A model generated the notes under the pieces. That model was given only the letters and a program-made list of their open reading frames with translations. It made no database searches and was not told where the DNA came from. Shown in pieces: positions 1 to 10,252 of a stretch of DNA of 64,000 nucleotides (within the stretch, counting starts at the first letter, position 1; each line of letters opens with the position of its first letter). Location: positions 9,713 to 73,712 of the forward strand of contig JAZIGN010000002.1 in assembly GCA_036679065.1 (NCBI GenBank), written 5' to 3'. Position numbers and translations under genes: made by a program. This DNA comes from Coprothermobacterota bacterium (GTDB lineage Bacteria > Coprothermobacterota > Coprothermobacteria > Coprothermobacterales > Coprothermobacteraceae).

Positions 1-656
1 CTCGCAAGTACATTTTGGAAGGCAACAAAGAACCTGCTGCTTTCGTGGCAGAGCATCAAACTAGGGGCAAAGGTCGTTTGGGTCGAGTGTGGGAGGACGA
101 GCCAGGGAAAAGTCTGTTGGTAAGCTTCGCTTTGCCGGGTAGTACCTACAGTAATCCACCTTTGCTTGGGCTTGCTACTGCCGTTTTTGTGGGAGAGTAT
201 TTGGATTTACTCCCTGTGCCATGGGAAACCAAGTGGCCCAATGACGTACTAATTGAAGGTAAGAAGGTGGCAGGCATTCTGCCTGAAGGCATTTGGCAGG
301 ATGGACTTCTGGGTGTGGTAGTGGGTGTTGGTCTCAATGTTAATCAAGATGAGTTTCCCGACGATACTGAGGCAACTTCTATAAAACACGCGTTCGGACA
401 GGCTTTACCAGTAGAGCAACCACTCATGTACCTTATCTACCGCATGGAGCAGGTGTACGAGCAAATCGTTGATTTTTCGGAAATCCTTGCCACGTTCAAA
501 GACAAATTCAAATCCATGGGAAAGAGACTGAGGGTACGTAGCAACGACGAAGTTTGGGAAGGAACCGCTGTGGACATTGAAGAAGATGGAAGTTTGATCC
601 TGAACATGGAAGGCAAACTGGTAACGTTAGGTTGGGGTGAGGTTACGCTGCGGTAA
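1..656 (+). CDS. birA: Biotin--[acetyl-CoA-carboxylase] ligase (5' end outside window)
   Basis: QTRGKGRLGRVW biotin-binding loop, KWPND, KVAGIL, GVGLNV; frame stays open to the window edge. Confidence 0.93.
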   Translation, partial: RKYILEGNKEPAAFVAEHQTRGKGRLGRVWEDEPGKSLLVSFALPGSTYSNPPLLGLATAVFVGEYLDLLPVPWETKWPNDVLIEGKKVAGILPEGIWQDGLLGVVVGVGLNVNQDEFPDDTEATSIKHAFGQALPVEQPLMYLIYRMEQVYEQIVDFSEILATFKDKFKSMGKRLRVRSNDEVWEGTAVDIEEDGSLILNMEGKLVTLGWGEVTLR

Positions 657-1374
657 TTTTCTCAAACACAGCGACAATCCTCGGGGCTTCAGGGTAAAAA
701 GGGTTACCACTTAAGTCGCGGTAAGTGGCTCTGAGGAAAAGCTGATAAGGTTCTGCCAAAGCCTGCAAATCTTCTAAAGTATAAAGTTTTAGCTGCCTGG
801 TTACCTTGTAGGTGCTCCCTGCATCTAGAAGAAATTGCCGTGTTGTGGTAAGTTTGCTACCTTTAAGTGCATGCTGGTCAAGAACATAACCACCATCAAC
901 TCTTTCCCACCACTTTCTGCAAAAGCGTGCTTGCCAGCCTTTAAGGTTATCTACATCCAGCAAGAGTAAACCTCCAGGCGAAAGGAATTCTGATAGTTTT
1001 CTGAACAGCTCTTGTTCTTCCTGATCACTTTGATCCCAGCCAATACTGGTCCACAAGCTCACCACAGCTGAAAACTGCTTGAACACATTGAGATTTTGCA
1101 GTTTGTTATGTATGATACGATTTGACCACAAAGGATTACGTTCTTTGAAAATCTGCACAAAAAACGGGTTCGGTTCCACCCCCCAGGCATCCAATCCCCA
1201 GCGAAGAAAGTACTGCAAGTGACGTCCCCAGCCGCAACCCACGTCCAAAATGCTGCGAGGCGAATCAAGTAGCTTCAGCGCAAGACGTGCCTCCTGCTCG
1301 GAGCGCTGCTCCAGTTTAGTTGCAAAGCATTTGTAGTAAAGCTCACCAAAGTAGTCAATAATACCATTCTCCAT
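643..1374 (-). CDS. Class I SAM-dependent methyltransferase
   Basis: ILDVGCGWGRH motif I and LSPGGLLLLD; start moved to ATG 1374 because the longer ORF runs through a terminator. Confidence 0.85.
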   Translation of the reverse strand: MENGIIDYFGELYYKCFATKLEQRSEQEARLALKLLDSPRSILDVGCGWGRHLQYFLRWGLDAWGVEPNPFFVQIFKERNPLWSNRIIHNKLQNLNVFKQFSAVVSLWTSIGWDQSDQEEQELFRKLSEFLSPGGLLLLDVDNLKGWQARFCRKWWERVDGGYVLDQHALKGSKLTTTRQFLLDAGSTYKVTRQLKLYTLEDLQALAEPYQLFLRATYRDLSGNPFYPEAPRIVAVFEKITAA

Positions 1375-1387
1375 ATAAAAGCATTGT

Positions 1388-1428
1388 AAAACAAAAGAGG
1401 GCACATGTAGATTTTCATGCGCCCTCTT
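1388..1428 (-). terminator. Intrinsic terminator after the SIMPL gene
   Basis: Minus-strand stem AAGAGGGCGCATG/CATGTGCCCTCTT (one G-U pair) followed by TTGTTTT. Confidence 0.7.
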
Positions 1429-1482
1429 CCCCCGCAAGTGACTTCCTAAACGTTCTTACAGCACAGTACTTTTAGTGCCCTA

Positions 1483-2214
1483 TTATTGATTGATGACGTA
1501 AGAAACAGATACACTGACGCTTACTTCTTGAACACCAGGCATGATGTTGATGTCCTGTGCCATTGCTTGTGCATCCTTGGATAATGAGCTCTGGCTTTGC
1601 CAAATTGGTGTAGAGCTATCTAAAACCTGTACGCTGGCTAGTTTACCTGGTGTGGCATGCTCAGCAGACAAAGCCACTTCAGCTTTGTGACGAGCATCAG
1701 CCATGGCATCCTTAATAAGCTGGTCCATAACAGAGGCGGTCTTCGAGTACTCGTATGTGATGCCGCTCATTCCAGTAGCGCCTGCAGTAAATGCTTCATC
1801 AATGATTGAAGGAAGGTCTTCTACGGAAGACTTAACAGAAATCTGCACAATTGCCCTGTATCCCAAAAGCTCGGTACCTTTTTCGGTGTAGTCGTACCAA
1901 GGGTAAACGCTCACATTACTAGTTTTTATGTTCTTTTCGTCCTTCACGATATCTTTTACTGCCTCCACTACGGCGTTGGCTCCTTTGGTTACCTCAGCCA
2001 TGGCCTTTGAAGCTGTCTCCTGCACTGTTTCGACTACAAAATTCACCGTACCGATGTCAGGAACAACTTCAACTTTTGCTATACCATTTACTGAAATGGT
2101 GGGTGTTTCCTGTGAATCCGTGCTGGCCGCTCCTACAGGTAATAGCCAAGCACCTAGTAAAACTGCCGCTACCACTGCCAATGCCAGCAGTGGACTGCTG
2201 TAGAACTTTTTCAT
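1483..2214 (-). CDS. SIMPL (DUF541) domain exported protein
   Basis: Signal peptide, TISVNGIAKVEVVPD, AMADARHKAE, C-terminal VSVSVSY; GGAGGTG RBS. Confidence 0.85.
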   Translation of the reverse strand: MKKFYSSPLLALAVVAAVLLGAWLLPVGAASTDSQETPTISVNGIAKVEVVPDIGTVNFVVETVQETASKAMAEVTKGANAVVEAVKDIVKDEKNIKTSNVSVYPWYDYTEKGTELLGYRAIVQISVKSSVEDLPSIIDEAFTAGATGMSGITYEYSKTASVMDQLIKDAMADARHKAEVALSAEHATPGKLASVQVLDSSTPIWQSQSSLSKDAQAMAQDINIMPGVQEVSVSVSVSYVINQ

Positions 2215-2259
2215 TTTGTATCACCTCCGTCAAGTAGACGCACACGGAGGCAAAAAGTT

Positions 2260-2736
2260 TCACACAGCTGTCACAGTGCCGAAAATTGTCTCAAGTAGCC
2301 TAAAAGTGTGAGTTCCTTGGAAGTATGGCATGAGCCAGATGTAACTCTGCCATGAGCTTCTCAGAAGAGCATTAAGCAAGTAAAGGTAAGCATAGCCGTT
2401 AACAATCACACTACCCACAGCGTAAATAACTCTGCCAATGCCTGCCCGAGGCAAGATAACGCCAAGTAAGGCTCTTAAAACTAGACGAGCCAGGGTAAAA
2501 AACAGGAGAAATGAAAGAACTAATGATAGAGGCTGACCATAAGAAGGATCTGCGCCCAGACTGGAGATGAGCTGAAAAACCCAGTGCGTAAGCTGTGTAG
2601 TTATAAAGCTACGCGATGCCACAGTGAGAAACACACTTAACGTAGTTGCCAGTGCACCTGCGCCACTGAGAAGGCCAGAGACAGCAAAGTAAACTATTAT
2701 TGCGGCAGTGATCCAATCAAGTGGAGCCATTGTCAA
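2260..2736 (-). CDS. CvpA (colicin V production)-like membrane protein
   Basis: N-terminal LDWI...G signature, about 4 hydrophobic segments. Confidence 0.55.
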   Translation of the reverse strand: MTMAPLDWITAAIIVYFAVSGLLSGAGALATTLSVFLTVASRSFITTQLTHWVFQLISSLGADPSYGQPLSLVLSFLLFFTLARLVLRALLGVILPRAGIGRVIYAVGSVIVNGYAYLYLLNALLRSSWQSYIWLMPYFQGTHTFRLLETIFGTVTAV

Positions 2737-3380
2737 AAGCTATCCTTTTGGTTACCATTGCTGCCTGCATTACTGCTGGGACAACAATCCTTTAAGGGGC
2801 ATTTGTCACACAGCGGCTTTCTTGCCAGACAAATAGTTTTACCATGCCTCATGAAAGAATAGGAAAGCTTACCCCAGTACTCTGGTGCGAGCATTTTTCT
2901 GATTTCTTCTTCAGCCACATCGGCGTCTTTGAAACTAAAACCAAGTCGATTTAGTACTCTGAGCACATGACGGTCCACAACCACCGCAGGCTGCCCAAAA
3001 GCGCCTAGTACAACCATGGACGCAGTCTTTTTACCCACACCCGGAAGTTCTGTCAAATCCTCAACGTTGTTTGGTACCTCACCATGAAACTTCTCAACCA
3101 ACGCTTGACAACACTCTTTGAGTCGCTTGGCTTTGGTCTTGTAAAAATTCACCGGATAAATGGCCTTTTCCAGCGTTTCCACGTCAGCTTCGGCTACAGC
3201 TTGCGCAGATGGAAACTTGGGGAAGAACCCTTTAGTGATTTCGTTAACGGATTCATCGCTAGCCTGAGCAGCCAGCAGAGCAGCTATGAGAAGCTCATAA
3301 GGGCTATCAAATTCCAGGTCAAAATGCAAATCGTTCTTGTGGGTCTCAGATAAGATCTCCACTGCTTTTTGCAGTTCCAA
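2733..3380 (-). CDS. nth: Endonuclease III
   Basis: HhH LPGVGKKTA, VDRHV, 4Fe-4S motif C-X6-C-X2-C-X5-C. Confidence 0.95.
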   Translation of the reverse strand: MELQKAVEILSETHKNDLHFDLEFDSPYELLIAALLAAQASDESVNEITKGFFPKFPSAQAVAEADVETLEKAIYPVNFYKTKAKRLKECCQALVEKFHGEVPNNVEDLTELPGVGKKTASMVVLGAFGQPAVVVDRHVLRVLNRLGFSFKDADVAEEEIRKMLAPEYWGKLSYSFMRHGKTICLARKPLCDKCPLKDCCPSSNAGSNGNQKDSF

Positions 3381-4107
3381 TTTTCGTCCCCTCCCACATC
3401 AGTATGGCACTAGTAACTGATACATTGAGAGACTCTACTTTTGAAGGTATCCAGGCGTTGGCTTTTGCAATACGTCTCCAGGATTCAGTAAGCCCTTGCC
3501 CCTCATTGCCCAAAACAATGGCAAAGGGTTGCCGCCACTTGAAATCCGGCTTTTCTGAAGATTTGTAAGTAGTGACAACAAACAGGTTTTTGCAAAGTTC
3601 CAGGGCTTCACCGCCAGTGACATAGACAAAAGGAGCTAGGAAATTGCCTGCTAAAGCACGCACAACCTTGGGATTGTAAACGTCAGCGCTCCCAGTAGTT
3701 AGTATTACCCCGTAATCAAAGGCCGCTGCCGTTCGAAGTATGGTGCCCAAGTTACCTGGATCTTGAAGCTGTTCCAAAACCACAATACGCTTACGCTTTA
3801 GGACCTGCTGGGGTGTCCAATCCCTTTTCTGAGCAATGGCGATGACACCCTGATCTCCTGCTACATCACTTACAGCTTCCATAACTCCTGGAGCGCACTG
3901 GGTAACTACGGTGTTCACTTTAGGCAAGTCTTTGGCATCTTTACTGTAAAGGAGTTCTAACACCTTTCCACCTGACTGAACGTAAGCTTCAATGGCTTTC
4001 GGACCCTCCAGAACAAACTGACCCTTTTCATCACGTGCTTTCTTACTACTTAGCAGTTTTTTGATTTCCTTTATTTTTGGATTCTTTGGACTCTCTATGA
4101 ATCTCAC
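3346..4107 (-). CDS. TrmH/SpoU family RNA methyltransferase
   Basis: DPGNLGTILRTA, GNEGQGL, ESLNVSV SPOUT motifs. Confidence 0.93.
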   Translation of the reverse strand: MRFIESPKNPKIKEIKKLLSSKKARDEKGQFVLEGPKAIEAYVQSGGKVLELLYSKDAKDLPKVNTVVTQCAPGVMEAVSDVAGDQGVIAIAQKRDWTPQQVLKRKRIVVLEQLQDPGNLGTILRTAAAFDYGVILTTGSADVYNPKVVRALAGNFLAPFVYVTGGEALELCKNLFVVTTYKSSEKPDFKWRQPFAIVLGNEGQGLTESWRRIAKANAWIPSKVESLNVSVTSAILMWEGTKIGTAKSSGDLI

Positions 4108-4685
4108 GGAAGCAACTCCTGAGAAAGTATGACCTTACCGCCCATGTCCTTGATGTGCTGCAGCGCTTTCTGGGAATCATCAGGATTAACATTTACACCT
4201 TTTGCTGCGTCAGCCACAACAAAGGTTTCATACCTGTAGCGAAGCGCGTCTACAGCCGTTTCTTTTACACAGTAGTCAGTGGCAAGCCCCACAACGAAAA
4301 CCCTATTTACGCCACGATCTTTGAAAATTTGATGCAGCCCCGTACCTTGAAAACCACTATATGCTTCAAACTCAGGATGCGTGCCTTTGTCTAAAATGAT
4401 GCCCTTTTCAGAAAGATAAAGTTGTGGGTGAAATTCAGCACCTGGTGTCCACTGCACACAGTGAGGTGGCCAAATACCACCATATGCTTTGAATGAAAGA
4501 TGATTTTCTGGATGCCAATCTCTGGTGTAAACAATTACTGAACCAGCTTCTTCTGCCTTCTTAATGATCCTGTTTACCACATCTATTATTTCATCTCCCT
4601 GGGGCACCGCTAAGGTGCCCCCAGGACAAAAATCCCTTTGAATATCAACTACAATGAGCCCGTCAGTGGGCTGAAAATCTATCAT
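4104..4685 (-). CDS. pncA: Nicotinamidase/pyrazinamidase
   Basis: VVDIQRDF, DWHP, WPPHCVQ, GLATDYCV. Confidence 0.92.
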   Translation of the reverse strand: MIDFQPTDGLIVVDIQRDFCPGGTLAVPQGDEIIDVVNRIIKKAEEAGSVIVYTRDWHPENHLSFKAYGGIWPPHCVQWTPGAEFHPQLYLSEKGIILDKGTHPEFEAYSGFQGTGLHQIFKDRGVNRVFVVGLATDYCVKETAVDALRYRYETFVVADAAKGVNVNPDDSQKALQHIKDMGGKVILSQELLP

Positions 4686-4693
4686 TTAATGCT

Positions 4694-6979
4694 TCACCAT
4701 CCCAGCTCTTTTAGGCGAGCCAACCTTTTTTCACGGTCATTAACAAAGCGCTCGATGCCCTGGAATATGGACTGAGGATCAAGGTGCGCTTCCTCGATGA
4801 CTTCATCCACGGTGCCACCAGTTCTCCAATTGTTGTCCCAGTCACTAGATAGAGAATACTCCTCATTCAGCTTCGAGAACAACCACGGCTGCATTAATGA
4901 GAGAGCCTCGTTGGTAATGACCATGGAATCAGCCCAATCAGTGGGCGGCAAAATCTGCATGCGGTAATGTTCAGGTTGCATGTCAAAGAGTTCTCTGCTT
5001 ATGGCCGCAATGATTTTCACATTGAAAGCCTTTCTTATTTCAGGCAGTATGCTTATGAGGTTAGCGGTTGTACTTGTTCCCCTGACAATAACTGTGCCCT
5101 GCTTAGGACGAGCTGGATCAAAATCGTTAATGAGATAAGCTCCCTTCGCAGCCTCAAAATAGTGAGCAATGCCCAGTGCCTTTCTGTCAGGTATGGTTAT
5201 GGGCGGCCTAGTTAAGTGCAAAGCAACGATGGGAACATCTTTACTAAGCGCTTCGCCCAGAACTACTGGCACTTCGTTGTGCTCCCAAGGATAAAGGTTG
5301 ATTATCTTTCCCTTGGGGAACAGCTGAGAGACACCGGGAGCGAATACACCAAAGTGCGTACGCGAATCTTCAGCAGTCTCAGGGCCAGAGTGACCAAGGA
5401 CCCAAATGACCTTTCCCACCTTAAGTGGGCAATCCTGAGCCAGTTGGCTGAGGAGTCTCATGGGACCGTATTTAAGGTAAGCAAAAGAGCCGTAGGTGGA
5501 CATAATAACCCAGTAGCCGTTGAATTCTTCGTAGGGGTTCTCAGCCATGTTCACAGTTACCATACCGGCAGCTAAGCCTGAGTTCATGAACTCGGTTATT
5601 TCAGAAGGAAGTATGGCACCATCAATGTTGGTGGAACGGTCATACCAACCCCAACCTGGGTTGTCGCCCCAACCTTGACCGAAGCCGTGTAAGTTAGTGG
5701 ATTCAGTTAGGTCAGCCGAGGTAGCTATGATCAAGGGCCTGTTGTACTTACGACCGATGGCAGCGTTCACATAGCTGCCCCACTTTATCAAAGCTGCACG
5801 GTTAGGCACCTTTTCACCAGGCTTCGCAAACATTTCCTCAGGGTACTTGGTGTAGTCATAAATGTCAGGATCTTTGTATGGGTTCACATCCAGCTTGAAC
5901 GTGGGAACAGCCTTAGGTAGGCTTTCACCAATTTCAGTAAGCCTATCGGTGATGTATTCCACCAGTTCACGGTCGTTACGCAGCACACTTAAGGCAATGT
6001 CGATATTATTCTTGAATTGCTTTAGCTCTTCTTCACTATCTTCGGGAGCGGGTTTGCCAAAACCGTCGTACTCCACACCATATTTTTCCATGAATCCTTT
6101 ACGTATTTCCCAGAACAAAGGTGCATTCTTTTTTATGGGCGTGCCATGGGATTTATTGTCATAGACACCATAACCATAGCCTTTTTTGGTCTTGAAGTAC
6201 ATGGCTGTGGGAAGTAATTCATCGGGGTGATCCAAGGCGTCCACAAAGACCTTCCATATGTTGTTCCAGTCGTGGCCTTCTAAGGTACCGAATACTCTCC
6301 AACCATGAGAAGCAAACCATTCATCAGGCCCACCAAAGACCACTGAAGATGTTCTTCTATCATCAATGCCAAAATCGTTCCAGTCCACCAGCCAGTAAAG
6401 GTTGCCAAGACCATAGCCCCATGCACCATTCTTAGCTTCATGTGATCCGCCTGCTGTTAAGGCTCCTTCACCTTCAATGGCAAAAACTTTGAACTCCGAT
6501 AAACCAGCTTTTTTCAAAGCTAGTGCTTCTCCCACGGAGGCTGGTAAACCGTGGGCCGATGGGCCCGTGTTGAACTTGAGGAACATGGTCTTGCCACCAA
6601 ACTCAGCGTGACCTGGCAAGCCACCGCGGTGCCTAAAATGTAGCAAATCTTCTGGCAATACAATCTTTTCGGGAGCGATGAAAAACCGTTGATCACCCGT
6701 ATCTGTGAAACGCAAGCGGAAAGCATCTCCGATCATGGCAAGCACAGCATCCACCATTGGGATGGTATGCCCCGCTGCCAAAATGAAACGGTCGCTAAAA
6801 CGGTACTCCGGACGACGAATGTCGTACCGCATCTTGCCACCGAACATGAGAGCTAAAAGCATTTGAGTCTTGGAGTGACTTCCGCCTGGATGACCACTCT
6901 GCCTGTAGTTCAGCATGATATCCATGAGTTCGAAAGAGATGTCCTTCATCTTCTCCCAGTATTTGAAGTCATTTTGCAT
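4694..6979 (-). CDS. Transketolase-family ThDP enzyme (divergent, 761 aa)
   Basis: SGHPGG, DRFILAAGH, LPGH, GEG-X26-N ThDP-like motif, SADL, EDSRTH. Confidence 0.8.
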   Translation of the reverse strand: MQNDFKYWEKMKDISFELMDIMLNYRQSGHPGGSHSKTQMLLALMFGGKMRYDIRRPEYRFSDRFILAAGHTIPMVDAVLAMIGDAFRLRFTDTGDQRFFIAPEKIVLPEDLLHFRHRGGLPGHAEFGGKTMFLKFNTGPSAHGLPASVGEALALKKAGLSEFKVFAIEGEGALTAGGSHEAKNGAWGYGLGNLYWLVDWNDFGIDDRRTSSVVFGGPDEWFASHGWRVFGTLEGHDWNNIWKVFVDALDHPDELLPTAMYFKTKKGYGYGVYDNKSHGTPIKKNAPLFWEIRKGFMEKYGVEYDGFGKPAPEDSEEELKQFKNNIDIALSVLRNDRELVEYITDRLTEIGESLPKAVPTFKLDVNPYKDPDIYDYTKYPEEMFAKPGEKVPNRAALIKWGSYVNAAIGRKYNRPLIIATSADLTESTNLHGFGQGWGDNPGWGWYDRSTNIDGAILPSEITEFMNSGLAAGMVTVNMAENPYEEFNGYWVIMSTYGSFAYLKYGPMRLLSQLAQDCPLKVGKVIWVLGHSGPETAEDSRTHFGVFAPGVSQLFPKGKIINLYPWEHNEVPVVLGEALSKDVPIVALHLTRPPITIPDRKALGIAHYFEAAKGAYLINDFDPARPKQGTVIVRGTSTTANLISILPEIRKAFNVKIIAAISRELFDMQPEHYRMQILPPTDWADSMVITNEALSLMQPWLFSKLNEEYSLSSDWDNNWRTGGTVDEVIEEAHLDPQSIFQGIERFVNDREKRLARLKELGW

Positions 6980-7067
6980 GAAAAAACCTCCTTTAATTGA
7001 TGGTAAAAAGCTGCATAAGTTAATTATAATTTAAACAGCGCCCCATTGTCCAAAAAAGGAGGTTTCC

Positions 7068-7571
7068 GTGTACATGAAAGAGTTCTTAACCACACGCGAG
7101 GATTATCATCTGCTGCATCCGCGCCAAGTAATCATACTGGTGGTTGGTAGCTTTGAAAGAGCAAACATGATGCCCTTAGGGTGGCATACCATCCTCTCAA
7201 GGAACCCGTTTTTGGTTGGACTGGCTATTTCGCCTAAGCGTTTTAGTCACAGCATGCTCATGGATTTCCCTTTTGCCACCATAAACTTAGTAGATAAGTC
7301 CTTCGAGGAGCTGGTTGAAAATACGGGAAAATGCTCAGGAAAGGACGTGGACAAGTTTGAACAGTTCCACGTCAATAAGGTACTTGCGGAGAATGGTAGC
7401 GCCTACATTGAAGGCATACCAGCTTACTTGGAAGCAACCAGAAAAGGTTATTTTGAAACAGGTGATCACACCCTTTTTGTGCTGGAAATTACAAAATCCG
7501 TGTTAAAACGTCCGTTTTGCCCACTGTTCCAGATAGCAGGTAACCAGTACCAGCAGTTCTTAGTTGAATGA
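7068..7571 (+). CDS. Flavin reductase-like (flavoredoxin) protein
   Basis: N-M-x-x-x-W motif, GKCSGKDVDKF, GDHTLF; AAGGAGG RBS. Confidence 0.85.
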   Translation: MYMKEFLTTREDYHLLHPRQVIILVVGSFERANMMPLGWHTILSRNPFLVGLAISPKRFSHSMLMDFPFATINLVDKSFEELVENTGKCSGKDVDKFEQFHVNKVLAENGSAYIEGIPAYLEATRKGYFETGDHTLFVLEITKSVLKRPFCPLFQIAGNQYQQFLVE

Positions 7572-7612
7572 ACACAAAAAAAGCACGTAACCTTTGTGAC
7601 CTTTGTTAAAGA

Positions 7613-8281
7613 TCACTTATCTACAGTGTTCTTGACAGCGAACCACAGGTAAAGATCCATTTCACCTAAATCCATGTGAAGCTTCTGCACAACTGGAATA
7701 AGCAATTGTTCATGCGCTTCATAGCGAGCCCTGGTCCAGCCTTTGGGCATATTCTCGATAAGTTTGTAGTGGTGCATGAGCCTGAGGATGTGCTTGTCGA
7801 GGATTGCCACGTCCAGTAACCCCACGTTTCTTAAGAAGTGACTGGCTTCTTTCCAGCCGATGCCTTTAAAGTTTTTGACCAACATGCTGCGAGCCTCTGG
7901 TGAAGACAGACTGTCGTTCACGATTGAAGGAAGTAAATGAGCTCGGTGGCGGTTTTCCAGAATGAAACGAGCACGTTGGTAAGCGAAGCGGTGCCCCACA
8001 CTACGTAAAGCATCTTCAAGATCCTCAGGAGGCATGTTTAGAAAACCCTCGCCTATGAGCTCCTGAGCACGCATTCCACCTTGAGCGCTCCAGTTCGCAG
8101 TAAGCACACAAAAACTGAGCTCGGAAAACAGACTACTGACATCATGACGTGGGAAGTTTTTGAACTGTGCAATTCGCTGAGAAACAAGGTCTTTAGCTTC
8201 GTCCTTGACAAGACTTACAAGCTCTTCTAATGAGTTAGCTATTTCTAATCTTGCGGAAAGAGCACTGGAATTTCGCGCCAC
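7613..8281 (-). CDS. ogg: 8-oxoguanine N-glycosylase/DNA lyase (Ogg2, archaeal/Thermotoga type)
   Basis: ELSFCVLTAN, GIGWKEASHFLRNVG, AILDKHI, DLYLW, C-terminal Lys. Confidence 0.9.
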   Translation of the reverse strand: MARNSSALSARLEIANSLEELVSLVKDEAKDLVSQRIAQFKNFPRHDVSSLFSELSFCVLTANWSAQGGMRAQELIGEGFLNMPPEDLEDALRSVGHRFAYQRARFILENRHRAHLLPSIVNDSLSSPEARSMLVKNFKGIGWKEASHFLRNVGLLDVAILDKHILRLMHHYKLIENMPKGWTRARYEAHEQLLIPVVQKLHMDLGEMDLYLWFAVKNTVDK

Positions 8282-8904
8282 GGCCTTATCTCCTCCTTTG
8301 TTACTATGCAGTTCACAGCTTTAAAACTTACACCTTTCTTCTTTGCCCATTTCATGGCACTTGCAAATTCCTCGTCCATGGCACTGTGAAATGTGACAGC
8401 TTCCGCATCACACCGCTGCACCACAAAGACCACCAAGCCTTCACCTTTATCGGCAAGCTCGTAAAGATGTTTAGTCCCGCGTTTTGTGGGGGCATCAGGG
8501 AACAAGCCCAATCCATCTTGAACTAACGTTACAGACTTTACCTCCACCAAACGCCCGTCAATGGAAAAATCTAAACGTGAATGCCCCAGACTAACCTCTT
8601 TGAGAACCTGAACATTGCCGCCTAAACCGAGCAGATCAAGACTTTCCAGAAACAATTTGTTTGCCAAAGCGGCATACAAACAAACCAGGACAGAATCATA
8701 GCCAAGAACAGCCTCATAGGCGAGTTTGCGTTTTACGGAGTGCACAGGCTTTAACCACACAGGAGCTCCCGGGTAAATGAGTTCACGTAGCCGCCCCGGA
8801 TTAGGCAGATAAGCCCAGTCCAAATGGTCGCCAAAGTCAACAAGCAGTTTGAAACGCTTTTGACGTTCCACAACTGTTCCAAAATGCAGGGGTGGAAACT
8901 TCAT
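8245..8904 (-). CDS. sfsA: Sugar fermentation stimulation protein SfsA (PD-(D/E)xK nuclease fold)
   Basis: PNPGRLREL, SRLDF, VEVKSVTL, FPDAPTKRGTKHL. Confidence 0.92.
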   Translation of the reverse strand: MKFPPLHFGTVVERQKRFKLLVDFGDHLDWAYLPNPGRLRELIYPGAPVWLKPVHSVKRKLAYEAVLGYDSVLVCLYAALANKLFLESLDLLGLGGNVQVLKEVSLGHSRLDFSIDGRLVEVKSVTLVQDGLGLFPDAPTKRGTKHLYELADKGEGLVVFVVQRCDAEAVTFHSAMDEEFASAMKWAKKKGVSFKAVNCIVTKEEIRPWREIPVLFPQD

Positions 8905-9515
8905 AGTGTAATCGCAAAAGCCCTGACCGGAGCCCCACTACAGCCTTCCAGCTTCAGTGTGGCAACTACCAAAAAATACTCCTGTTTTTCATTTAGCATG
9001 TGAAGGTTACACAACCCCTCCACAATGAGCACCCCAGAAGAAAGAAGTTGCTTGTGAACCACCAAATCATCACTGTGCTCCACGCTCATTGCATCTACAC
9101 CCAGCAGTTTTACACCGCCAGTTATGAGCACTTCCACTTCTTCGGGTGTAATATTCGCAGATAGCTTCTCATTAGTACTCAGAAGTAAGGCTTTATCTTT
9201 TAAGTCCGTAAAACGTCCCTTTAGCTTGGCTAGGCGGTCTTCCTTCTTTGACAAGGCGGACATGTCCACATACACACAGGGCAACATGAGCTGTTCTAAG
9301 GCAATAGAGCTTACGTCAGCACCACCCTTAAGAACGTGCCAAGGAGCATCCAAGTGAGTGCCTGCATGGGAGGACATGCAAACTCGCTCCAAAACAAAAC
9401 CGTCTTCAAGCGTGGACACAGTATGCACCTCAACTGGTGGGTCGCCCGGATATACTTCCAGATTTTCGGAAATGGTTTGGGTTAGATCGATTATCCTTTT
9501 AGCTTCTAACTGCAT
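8901..9515 (-). CDS. Cyclase family protein (kynurenine formamidase-like)
   Basis: HAGTHLDAPWH, YPGDP, GVD..SVE, GAPVRAFA. Confidence 0.9.
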   Translation of the reverse strand: MQLEAKRIIDLTQTISENLEVYPGDPPVEVHTVSTLEDGFVLERVCMSSHAGTHLDAPWHVLKGGADVSSIALEQLMLPCVYVDMSALSKKEDRLAKLKGRFTDLKDKALLLSTNEKLSANITPEEVEVLITGGVKLLGVDAMSVEHSDDLVVHKQLLSSGVLIVEGLCNLHMLNEKQEYFLVVATLKLEGCSGAPVRAFAITL

Positions 9516-10252
9516 ACAGCGTATTTCCCGCTAAATGAGGCAGCCTGCGAAAGTTCCTTCGAGGAAAACTCAGCCTGGGTAAAGTGCAAATCCAGAGCAT
9601 CCTCAAAACCTTCACGCAGAGCATTTTCAAGTACGCCTATGGTTATATCGGGAAGTAGCTCCCGAAGGGCAATAGCGTGGGCTCTTATCTCAGATTCCTC
9701 AATGGAAAAAAGCTCAGCCATCTCACGGTATATGGGTTCAACCATGATGGATCCATGCTGTAAAAAGCCCCATGGCTTTCTTGCTTGAGCTGACCCGATG
9801 AGCTTCTTCCCTGCTACACCAACTTCATGGCCTGACAGATGAACAAAACAGCTTGATGGATCCTCCTTGGTAGGCAAAGGTGCCGGCAGAAACTCAGCAG
9901 GTATTCCTAAAAGCTCAAGACCCTTGATAAGCCCCTGAGACACAAGAAAATAGGTTTCCAAAACACTGTTTCCAAAACCGCTAAGAGGTCCAACAAATGA
10001 GTAACTCACATCGAACAAATGAAGAACAGCTTTTCCACCGGTGGGACGCCGAACCACGGGGTAAGGACAATGTTGTTGCTGCTGCCACTTTTGGAACAAA
10101 CCGATGGACACAGTCGCTGGACACCAAGTGTAGAATCTTAGGAACACCTGCTCCTCTTCTCGCAGCTGTTGCAGAAGCAGGCTATCCAGCGCCATGTTCA
10201 AACTGCCTTCTCTACAAGTATCAAATATGACTGTAGCTTTCATGGTGATCAC
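9506..10252 (-). CDS. Lipoate-protein ligase family (LipM-like octanoyltransferase)
   Basis: NMALD, RRPTGGKAVLH, CF, KLIGSAQ, LQHGSI; no LplA C-terminal domain; alternative start ATG 10243. Confidence 0.85.
   Translation of the reverse strand: MITMKATVIFDTCREGSLNMALDSLLLQQLREEEQVFLRFYTWCPATVSIGLFQKWQQQQHCPYPVVRRPTGGKAVLHLFDVSYSFVGPLSGFGNSVLETYFLVSQGLIKGLELLGIPAEFLPAPLPTKEDPSSCFVHLSGHEVGVAGKKLIGSAQARKPWGFLQHGSIMVEPIYREMAELFSIEESEIRAHAIALRELLPDITIGVLENALREGFEDALDLHFTQAEFSSKELSQAASFSGKYAVCS

Noticed and set aside
10240-10252. Selenocysteine readthrough of the Ubl TGA
   Set aside because: Would add only U-S-P before another stop; no SECIS-like hairpin evident; better explained as a GTGA coupling overlap
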